64,000 nucleotides of DNA. It comes from Lama glama. Its lineage: Eukaryota. Shown piece after piece: positions 27,301 to 38,800 of the stretch. Position 1 is the stretch's first letter. The number at the start of each line of letters is the position of its first letter. The position numbers and the translations under genes are program-made. The stretch lies in the NCBI GenBank assembly GCA_028534125.1, contig CM052817.1, positions 39,744,001 to 39,808,000 of the forward strand, given 5' to 3'. The notes under the pieces are model-generated. The model saw nothing but the letters and a program-made list of their open reading frames with translations. It did not search any database and was not told the origin of the DNA.

Positions 27301-30300
27301 TTCTACAAGATTTAAAAATTAAATCTGGTTAGGAATTAACAACAACAACAAAAAATACTTCCTCATAGTGCAGTGACTTAAGAGGGGGCACTGGTAATGT
27401 CCTATTTCTTGATCTAGATGAAAGGCTCATGATATGTTCACTTTGCGAAATCCACCAAGTTGTACATTTATAATTTTACACTCTTTTCTATGTATTTCTC
27501 ATGCCTCAATTTCTTAAAAATTTTACTGGAGAGCTGCTGTACAATATTGCCTGTGGTTAACAATTCTGTATTGTATGCTTAAAATTTTGTTAAGAAGGTA
27601 GATCTTCAGTGTTCTTACCACAATTTTAGAAAAAAGAGAACTGAAGGAGGCAACACCCGTTAACCTCCCATTTCAGGGATTTATCCATTACAGGATTAAA
27701 AATGCATGACTTCCCTTTAAAAAAAGTTTATAACCCCCTACCCAATTATTAAGCAGCTGGTCAGGAAGAGGTTTACCTGTCCCACCACCAACTCCTGGTA
27801 GCAAGGTCTTTTTCTGGTATGAAGTCCCCCTCCAAGGGGCTCTAGTCCTTCCCTCCCATGCCCCAGTATCCTTCCTGATCCGTAAGTGTGATTGGCCTCA
27901 TTTAAAAGACCAAGGTAAAGCAGTTGTAAAGATCAGCTGTATGTGGTGGGGGTTGGGGAGTGGTGTGGACCAGAGTGGCTGGGATTAAAGAGCAGAAATA
28001 TTCAGTCTCAAGCTCCAGAGAGATAAGACCCATGTTCAAGCAATCATTTAGCCATAGTTCAAGGTTCTTGGACAACTCTAACAAGCCAGGGCCAAGGATA
28101 GGTAGATCTCTGACATAGACCACCAAGCTCTGTCCTCATTCTCCAACTCATTAATCATCACAGATATTAACACACTAATCAATGCATTATCTATGCAGTT
28201 ATCTACTGCACAGGTTTCCAGTCCACTTTTTGCCACTTTTTTCAAAATAATTTACCTGTAACATTCCAAGGCTAAGCTTGTATCATGGACAAATCATTCT
28301 CTGGGCTATTAGTCAAGTGACAATTTCCTGCACATACAGTAGGCGATTTGACTATGCTTACTTCACAGTGAACACTTTGTGTTCCAGATTATCACAGCTT
28401 TCCTGCCTAAGCACTTTTTAAAAATCCAGTGTATTGTTGTTACCTTAGTTAAGTGTAATAATGGTTTCAGGATTATGTTTTTTAAAAAGTCAAGTTTTTG
28501 AGATGCATCCCAAGGTGCTTAAAGGTAACATGACATACTATCTAGGATTATTTTTTAAATATTCCCATAAAGGACATTCATTAAGGTGAGTGAATATGGT
28601 ATTTCTGATTATTTATCTGTATTCTCTAATTTTCTACATTGCTTACATACTGCATCTGTAATTAAAATTTTAATTAAAAAAAAAACTTCCACAAAGGAAA
28701 AAACTGAAGGAAAAAAAAAGGATAGATGAAGCAAATTCTTGTTGAATTTGAGTGATGGGTATAAGTGGATTAATTATACTATTCTTTTTATTTTTAAAAT
28801 CTATTTAAGCAGCTCATTTGAAAAGTCAATTTAGCTGGGACTCAATTTCTTCATCTAAATTAACAGCACTCACACATTCATTCAGTCAGTCAATCATTAC
28901 AGAGAGAGTGCCAGACCAGCCACGAAAATACATATAAGGGAGTGGGAGAAAGAGGAGCTGAGCTAAGTCTCAAGCCTGGCTGCACATGAGAATAATCTTT
29001 AGAATCCACAAAAATACAGATGTCAGGGCCCAACCCCAAACATACTAAACTAAAATATCAACCACATTTTTAAAAAATATATGGAAATGGGGGAAAAACT
29101 ATAAGGAAATACATCAAAATATTAGGTCTTTTCTGAGTCATAGGATATCATGTGGGTTTTTTTTAATGTTCTCGTTTAGAAATCTGCACTGTCTAATTTT
29201 TCAATAAAGTGTATGTATTATTTTACGTAGTGAGAAGAAGGTGCATAAAGTGCTATTTTTAAAAGCTAAACAAGATATGTACTACTACTTACACCCCCCA
29301 GTAATGGCTGTCATTCAAAAGGTCAAAAGAACCAAGCATTGAGGAGGCTATGGAGGAACCGGCAGGAACTCATCCATAGCCCGACGACTGTATAACCAGG
29401 CCGGACTGCCGCTCGGTTTCTAACAGTTAAACATACAATTGTTCACCCTATGACCCAGGAAACACAAGTAAATAGGTTCACAGTGGTGGTCACAGCAGCT
29501 TTATTCCTAATGGCTAAAAACTGGAAATAACCCAAGTGTCAATCAACATAAGGGGTAAGCAAATTATTATTTATTTGTATAAAGAAATACGCCACAGCAA
29601 TTTTTTAAAATAATCTATTGACTCCTGCAACAATGTGGAGAAGTCCCATAAACATTTTACCAAGTGAAAAAAACAAACAGGTACAAAAGAGCCCATACTG
29701 TACAATTCCATTTATGTGAATTTCAAAACTAGGTAAAACGAATGATGATGACAGAAATCTGAAGACAGGTTTACAATGGGGACGGAGGGATGAGTGGTAT
29801 GTACTAGGTGGGGGCTTGAGAGAACTTTGAGATCATGAATATCTTCTTTAGCTGAAACTGGGTGGTAGTCACAGTGGTCTATAAATATGTAAAAATGCAT
29901 CTGTTGAACAGATGATATTTGCGCACTTTAATGTATGTTAATTATGCCTCAATTTTTTTAATCAGAAAAAATGTTACATTTAAGAGTCTCCACAAGTTTT
30001 AGCTATAATCCCAATTAGAGGCTCTAGCCAATCTATCCTTCCCGTGAATATTTTTAAGTCTTCAGTCCTAAACTAAAAGACAACTGACAGGTATTGAATG
30101 TTTCCTGGTGGCAGACTGTATGCTAAAGCCTTGACACGTGCACTTAGGTAATCTCCATAAACCTATGAGGTACTATCTATTGTGCCCATTTCACAGATGA
30201 GGAAACTAAGGCTCAGAGGGACTGGGTAACCTGCCCCACGCCACTAGGAGTAAAAAGAATAGAACAAGGATTTGAAACCAAATCTGTGATTCCAAAACCA

Positions 30301-32866
30301 AATGTTCCCTCTTACCTTAAACTTTCAAGTCCAAGTCAGTCTGTCTAACACTTACTCTTTGACAAACCTCAAATAGGTAATATCTTTCCCATTGACTCCA
30401 CTTGGCCCCAGTTCTTCCTTGCTAAATAGAAGTCCTGAGTAGCAGTTTTTCCTAGTATCTCTCCTACCTTTGATGGGACAAATGGAACTTTGACACAGGA
30501 AAATCTATAAGCAGCCTCTAACTGTCATTAATCTGGATATGTACTTGTCACTAATTGACTGAAACTCGATCATCCTTCCCAGAAAACAGGAACTCAAGTC
30601 ACTACTCTTTTTTTTCCAATTGGGGCAGGAATTTTTTACAGCCTGGAGCACATCTGATTAGGTTTCTCCAGGCCTTCCCATGATAAACCCAACAAAAAAC
30701 ACCCCATGGGCAGTGGTTCACTTTAATGCTCCTCAGTTTGTAGGTCAGCCAGGTCCGAGCTGTCCAAGGAGGTTGTTCTGTCCAATTTATGACTCAGCAC
30801 ACAGATGTCCTGCCAGTATCCCTCTTCGAGTCCTCTCCGAGGCAGAAGCACCTGCCCTGTGCATCCTGCAGGCTAGGCAAGGTTTAGAAAGGATAATCAC
30901 CCTTGCTGTTTTACAGTTGTCGCTGTTGAGATATGTTCTAAAATTGTCTACCTCATTAACCTGGACCATCACCCAGCCAAGGTTTGCAGAAAGCAGCCTC
31001 TTTGGCTTTTGATCCCAACAGCCTGCTGTATTCTCAGCTAAAGACTACGTTTGAGCTCAAGGTCTCTGAGCCAAAGACAAGACTCACCATGAAGCTAACA
31101 AGGTTAAGCATCAATCTTCTCACCTGCAATGGCCCCTTCCAAGTTCCTACACCAAATTTTATGTATTCTTTTTCTTAAGGAGAATCTCCAAATTGTATAA
31201 GCTTCAGGCCCCCTCAAAATGTGGATTGGCCCCATGTCTGAATCATATTAACATCTTGTTGCTACAAGCAACAGTTCTATGTTAACCCATTCACTCTATG
31301 AACTAAAATGATTTAGAAGAAGAAATACTTAGGATGACAAGGCTGTTTCCGTGGTGTAGTGGTTATCACGTTCGCCTCACACTTAGGATGAGAGAACCAG
31401 GTTATTACCAGTAAGTATTAGAACATTGGGAGTTCACAGACACACGTTAACATCTTTCTGCTTCATTTCACCTATTATTGATAATATTTTATCTATTTGA
31501 TGGCCCAATTAGCAATGTACTTGTAAGAGGGGTTGCTATTGGCTAGGTCACATTTTGGTTGTTGTTTTAAGGTTTGAAGTTTCTCCAATGATAAGTATAT
31601 ATATGTAAACTAAAAAAAAAATGTGCAGTATATTGTATATACGTATTTACAGGCAATATAATGTATATGTGCAGTCAAACTATAATAATTTTACCTATTA
31701 AAACTAAAAAGAAAAGAAAAGAAAAAAAGCAAGGCTACAACACAAATTTAGCAGTGAAAAAAAAAGTTTGAAGTTTCTCTGTTCTTAGATATGGAGAGAT
31801 TGGAAAGGATAAAAAACAAAAATATGAATATAATACAAACTGAAAAAAACTCACTACATAGAAGTTTTACAAGTGTCCCCAGAGCAGCAAAACTGCTGTA
31901 GAGCTAAATCAGTATGTACCGTATAATAGGTCCATAAAAAGAAAAGGGGGCAAAATCAGCAGAACTATCATGATCTGTCAGACACATGAAATGTGCTCAA
32001 AATAAATGCTGACCTCACATCTCCTTTGGTTCCATAAGCATTACTCAATCATGATTGCCTAGTTTTTAAAAAAGCATTGGAATTATGAAACTATTTGCGC
32101 TCCCCGCCCCATAATGGTTCCCCAGTTGGCACAGAAGAGTAACATTCAACTTTTTAAATTTATTTTATTTTTTACATGAAAAGGGTAAAGTTTACTTTAA
32201 GCAACTATACACCCCACTAGTTAATCCAAGTAAGAAAAATAAAATAAGGACAGGGGAGAAAGTCCACATATGATACAAAATAAGAAGTTAGAAAGGAAAA
32301 AATATAAGCAGAAAACTGTAAAAATCATTAAGAAATAACTTCGCACAAAGTCCTACGCAAATGAATTTAACGAAAAGCTGGGCAAAACGGATAGCTTTTA
32401 CTAAGAAAACTTTACTGACACCAAGAGACACATGCTCTAAAGAGAACCATTTGCACAAATAAAATATTGTGGGGAGTAAAAAAAACTTTACCTGCCCAAT
32501 TAAGCACCAAACCTGAACTGTTTTACAAGGAATTCTACCAAGCTTCTAAATCTGAGAAGAAAGGGAGAAACATGGCTAGGAAGGAAGGAAGGAGGGAAGA
32601 AAGTAGGTAGGGAGGTAATACTCATCTCAAGTAAAAGGATCGACTGCAAAAATCCTAACTCTAATTTTGCAAAACTCCTAACTCCAATTTTAGCAGACAG
32701 ATTCCAGGACCATATTATGACCAACCAATGTTTAGTCCATAAACATAAAGATGACTCAAATATTAAACTATTAATATAATTTACCATAATATACTTGAGG
32801 GAGGGGAAATATATGTTCATCACCAAATATGCTGAAAAAGTACGAAAAATTCAACATTCATTCTTT

Positions 32867-32897
<31 letters not shown>

Positions 32898-35800
32898 TTG
32901 TAGGGGAGGTAATTAGTTTTATTTATTTAGTTAGTTTTTTGATGGAGGTACTGGGGATTGAACCCTGGACCTCATGCATGCTGAGTATGTGCTCTACCAC
33001 TTAAGCTATACCCTCCCCACAAAAATTCAACAGTCATTCTTGATCTACAATAACAAAACAAGCATCCAGAAGTATTTACCATAAGATGGAACGCTAGTTC
33101 AAAGCCAACATGATGCTTACAGGGAAGACACTGCAGGCACTACAGCCTGTCCTCAGCACAAATGGCAACCAACATCACTGCTAGTCTAACACTCAGTTAG
33201 AAGGCATCACAGAGGAAAATACTCCATTTATAATATCAACTGGAAATATAAACTTAAGAGGAAATGTACAGTATCTGAAGAAAACCTTCAAGCACCTCTG
33301 GAGGATTCCAAAAAGCACCTAAACAAATGAAAGGACATAATGTCCTTGGAGAGGAAGACTCAACACAAATAACATTAAAAACTACCCCCAGTAAATTTAT
33401 AAAATGAACACAATGCCAGTAAAAATGAACACAATGCCAATAAAAATGTATTTCTCTGGATCATAGACAAGTTGAATCTCAAGATCACATGGATCATAAG
33501 CAAGAATGAACAAGAAAGTTCTGTAAGGAAAGCAACAAGAACAAAGATCCCTACCAGATATTAAAACAATCTATTAACAACACCAATAATTAAGTTAAAC
33601 ATCAATAATTAAAACAACACGGTACCAGGACGCAGCCATGCCCCCACAGACGCAGCCACATGGACAGTTATACACTAAGAAGGAAGCCTTGGGGGTGTGT
33701 TACTTGGGGAGGAACATTCGATGACTGGGGTGATTTCTCAGGACTCAGAGCTTGTCCACAAGAGGAGGGAATTGATCCTGGAGTAATTTCTGTTAAGTTT
33801 TCACAGCAGCTAGTAAAACAAACAAACAAACAAACACAAAAACAGAAAAACATGGTACCAGTGCATGAGAAGACAAGTAAACAAAGGAAAAAGAACAGAA
33901 AGAAACAGAACAGAAATAGATCCAAACATATACTAGAATTCAGGAAATTATTAAGGATGTATCATACATCAGAAGAGATGGACTTTTTAATAGGGATTGA
34001 GGCAGTGGACGGCCAGCTGAACAAATACACCAAAATAAATGAATCAAGGCTTAATTTTTTCTTAAGTCATAAAAGTAATCACAGAAAACATTGGAGAACC
34101 CCGTAAAGATTTGGCAGGAGGAAAATCTTCCTACTTATCAACTCAAAATCCTATAAAGCTATAAAGAAAATATTGATTAATTTGACTACATAAAAATGAA
34201 CAATATCTGCATAGTAAGGAGCATGTTAAGCAAAGGAAAAAATACAAATTGCTCACTAAAAGCAGTATTTTTATCTCAGCACAGATGAGCGCTAATCACT
34301 TTAATATATGAGAGGGTTCCAGAAATCAAAGTGAAACAGAAATCAAGAGAAATAGAAAAACAGCCAAAAGATGCGAGTAGACAGTTTCCAGAAAAAGAAA
34401 CCCAAATGACCCTTAACAGAAACGTGTACAAAATCACACTCTATAAAAGAAATGCAGATTAAGACTAAAATGAGTTTCCACTTCTCACCTATCAGAATGA
34501 CAGAAACCCAAAAGTTTGAAGTATACTGACAGCACTGGTGAAGCTGTTGGAGAACAGGCACTGGCACACACTCCTAGCGGAAGTACAACAAACAGCGCAA
34601 CCATTAATGAAGGAGGAATCAATCAAAATTACAAATGCTCTCTGTCAGAGCAATCCTACTCATATAACAGATTCATGTTACATATAATTCATGTTATATA
34701 GAGTGCGTATTGCCACATATTTTTTTAACAGCAGAAGTTAGAGAACTACAGGTATAAAGAACTATTTGACCATTTGCATTCATATAATGCAACTTCTTGA
34801 AGCGGACCAAAAAGAAGAAACTGCCGAAGTCATAATATGGAAAGGACTGGATGATATAGCTGAAAAACACAAGGCTCAGAATAGTGGTTATTGTACATCA
34901 TCTTTAGTGTTATTAGCAAATCTAGAAAATAAACATTTGCCCTATAATAGCATGTTTGCAATAGGATAAAGAAACACTGGAGCCATCCATAAGAAACTAA
35001 CATGGCACAGAGGTAGACAGCAAAGTGTGGAAGCCACACTTACCAAAGCACGAGTTTTTACTGGGGATTGTATAGCTCAAGTGGTAGAGTGCAGGCTTAG
35101 CAAACACAGTGTCCTGGGTTCAACCCCCAGCACCTCCTCCAAACAGAAATAAATGTACAAGCTTAATTACCTCCCCCTCATAAAAAAAAAGCACAACTTT
35201 TTAAATTGCTATAATTTTTGTACCACATGAATGTATTACTTATGCAAAAAAAAATTTTTAAGATGTGTAAACCCAAATTTAAAATGTTTACACAAGAGCT
35301 TGCACATTCGCATCCTTTGTATGTTCACCTGCTAGCTTTCCCAGAACCTCATCAGTTTGATGGCTCAGTATGTCTCCAGGATTGTAAAGATGAAGCAAAG
35401 TGAAACTGTACCATGATCACTTTTCACAAAGCCAGTGTCATCCCTGCATTTGAAGTCTTACCCTAAAATACGTGATTTCTAGGTTAGCTTTAGAAGTCCC
35501 CAATAACCAATAACCACCCCCACCTCACGTATGTATACACTCACGGAAAAGCAGTTTATAGATGAGGTGTTCACTGTTTTTATTTCTGAAAAGGAGTTGA
35601 TAGACAACACCTTTTATTCTTGGGAGAAAAATATAGCACAAAAGATTACCAGTGGTCAGAGGAATGAAGAGTGAGATAAAATATAAAGTTAGAACTCTCT
35701 CTCCTTTGAGCTTCCATTCCCTCTGCTCCTACTCTCTTCCCTGGTTGATTCTCATCTGGTTCATTGATCTCTTCCTCTTTTCTATGATTTTTTTCCTCCA

Positions 35801-38800
35801 GCCTCTATAAATGTCTTTCACTCTCTGTGAGTTCCTTAAATCTACCATTTCAACTTCCACCCTCTCTGCAAATGACTCCCTAACGTGCATCTATGGTCCT
35901 GACTTCTTCCCCAGGGCTCACATTTTTATATGGCTGCCCAGACGCTCCACCTCTCCACCAGCCCCATCGCTCTGGTTCAAGGCCCCACTGCCTTCCAGAA
36001 TGTTTTCCAAAGACCACCCTTCTTTCTTCACTTCCCCCACCCTCTTCCTGTCTAATCCTGCTTCCACAAAGCTACCAAATTTGTCCTCCCAAAACTTGGA
36101 GATCCTAAATTGAATTAAGAAATTTCTTGGCATGGCATTCAAGGCCTTTCAGGATTGAAATATCCAATCTCAACTCTTTCCACCTCTAACTCACCTTCAG
36201 TCATCCTGGCTCCAACCAGATCAAATCAGACCTCCTACCCTCCTACTTTTGCTTACAATTTCTTCCACTGGATACCCTCTTTCTCAAAATCACTCAAAAT
36301 TCTCTGTTTCAGCAGAACTCTATTTCCCCCTTTTTTGTTTTCCTTGAGCCCATGAGCCATCAACCCTCTTCATTACATGATGCAGGAGTTGTTTTAACTG
36401 ATAATTAGCAAAGACTAAAAAAAAAGATCATGTTATATCAAACTTATGAAATATCACTTACAAGTTTCAGGCTTGTACTAGAGGACACAGTGGGTGGTGT
36501 GTCCGAGAGGATAAGGGTGAATTGGCAAGGCAATGCCCTTCCTTTTTAAGTAAGACAAAAGGGTGTTACTTCTTTTCGTTGATTATAAAATGTCTGTTTT
36601 TCTCTCTCCTCCTGGTACACGTAGCCTGATACACACGCTTCTCTACTGACTAGCAATCCTGGGCACCAGCCCACTGCATAGACGCCGGATGAGCACTAGA
36701 AGCTGAGCGCTGTCGCACACTGGGATTTCACAACGCCTGCTGGCATCACACATTTCGTATCTGTTGTGGAGAGTCAGGTGGGTTGGCCACTGACTGGCAA
36801 GGGAACTCACCGTTTTGAACACATGAGTCATTGAAAATAAGGACATCCATTTAACCATCTATGCATGTGAATTTGTGCCATCATCACTGCAGAAGCAGGA
36901 GGAGGAAAGGACCATCCACATGATACACTAACAGATAGCAACTTAATAAAAAAGCTGACAACACTTGGGGGAAAAAAAAAAAAGAGCATACATTTCCCCT
37001 CTGCAAAGACTCTAAGTACTTTAAACAGTCTACCAAGCAGGTGAATGTTATTAGTCACAGATAGACAACATCTATATGCTCTATCCAGCCTCAATCGTCT
37101 TCTCCCTTTTCTTTTCTTTTTTTTTTAAGGGGATTGTCTCTGGAATTCATTGCCAATTTACCCTCTGCTCAGACCAACAGAATGCCACTGGTTACAAAGG
37201 GATACCCGAAATCACTGCCCGGAGTGCTGTTTCGTCTTAAAACTTGAAGAAGGGTGCCATTTACTACGTATGTGCACTGTCTCCAAAGTGCCTGAACTTT
37301 TTTTAAAGGCCTGAAGCCATGTTCCTCCAAGGTGCTGCCCTCCGCAGAAAATGCAGCTTTCCAGATGCTCAAAGGTAAAAGGGCCAAATGATCCCACCCA
37401 CAAAGTTTTGTCCATGGCGCCCCCTGCATCCTCGGGCATCAGGGTCCACTCGATGAAATCAGCAGGTGCGGGCTGCCCCGCACTCAACACAGAGAAGCAC
37501 AGAGGCAAGGCTTCTGTTTCCAGAGAGAAACACTGAGGCTAGACAGGGAGAGGGCTCTGAGAGCATCCTGCTCTTTCCTCTTGTTCACCAGGTTCACCAG
37601 CTGTCCCAGAAGTTCCAGGAGACATAAGGGGTCCACTGGTTCTGCTCCCTGAGGAACCTTCAGAAAACGGGATAGGACTCGAGGGAACTGAAGTTCTTCT
37701 CTAACCAGCCCAAGTTCTGGGGGAAGCGGAGCTCTGAGGAAGAGAAGCACAGACACCAGGCACCTGACCTGGAAAAGTGAGTGAAGGGGGGACAGAGTAG
37801 AGCTTTTGTCACAAAGGAAAGGTCCCTGCCTAAGAGTTTTGCTCAAACCCGGGACATTCAGACATCACAGGCTTCTTCCTACCCCAACCCAAGGAAAAAC
37901 CTGTCTAATCACCAGCCCAACAGGATCTCTCCTTTCTTCGAGCCCCAAGAGCTTCTTCTTAACAAACAGAACCACCGCTATCTGCTCCCCATCTCCCAGC
38001 CTTCGACATACAAGGCCTGCTTCGGTGCCCTGGTCCCTCACCTTCTTGTTCATTCAAGAATTTATGTTGCCCCAAGTACCTCAGCAAAAAGAAATGGGAA
38101 AAGAAAACTGGGAAATTCTAGTACAAAACTTCCTGAAGAAAAGAGGAAAGGTGAAGAGGCCTAGAGTTGCTGGTTGCAGGCAGAATAAAAGAACCAGTGA
38201 CTAGCTTTCTTGCTTGTTCTGCCCATAGAACCGGCGACCCACAAGCAGATGCCAGCGTTTCAGAGATAAATACCACACGCAGACAGATGAAAAACGGGAA
38301 TACTTAAAACTTTTATAGGGAACTTGCTACAGCCAAGATGACAAGCCGCTGCTAAAAAAAATGAAGTTTTGTTACATAATTCACACTCCCCCTACCAAAT
38401 TCTCAACTCTCTGTCCTATTTGTACAAAAATTTTACATAATCTACCTACTAGCATGGTCCAGTTTTCTGATCATTTTTTATTAACAAGAAATTTTTTCTT
38501 TCATCTACCAATTTTTCTTTTTTTACTTTAATTTAAGCCAGTCTTTTTTTTTGTTCCATCTTTTACGAATCTGAAGAAAAAGTGAGATGGCTTCCTTCTA
38601 ATTAACCAACTGCAAAATGTCAACCCCCTTTTCTTTCTAAATTCAGTAACTAACCTTCACAGATCTTGTTTATGGCTTCAGAATTTACTCTCTACCACCC
38701 TTAATATAAACAGTAAATCTGGATTTATCTATGCCTTTATATCACATCTAAACTGCTTTGCATTTAAGGCCTTTAGTAACCTAATCTCATTTCTATGTGT

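Noticed and set aside
37169..38204. Cluster of 60-130 aa ORFs as a nested gene or processed pseudogene
   Set aside because: No recognisable homology, polyA or TSD; ORFs occur on both strands
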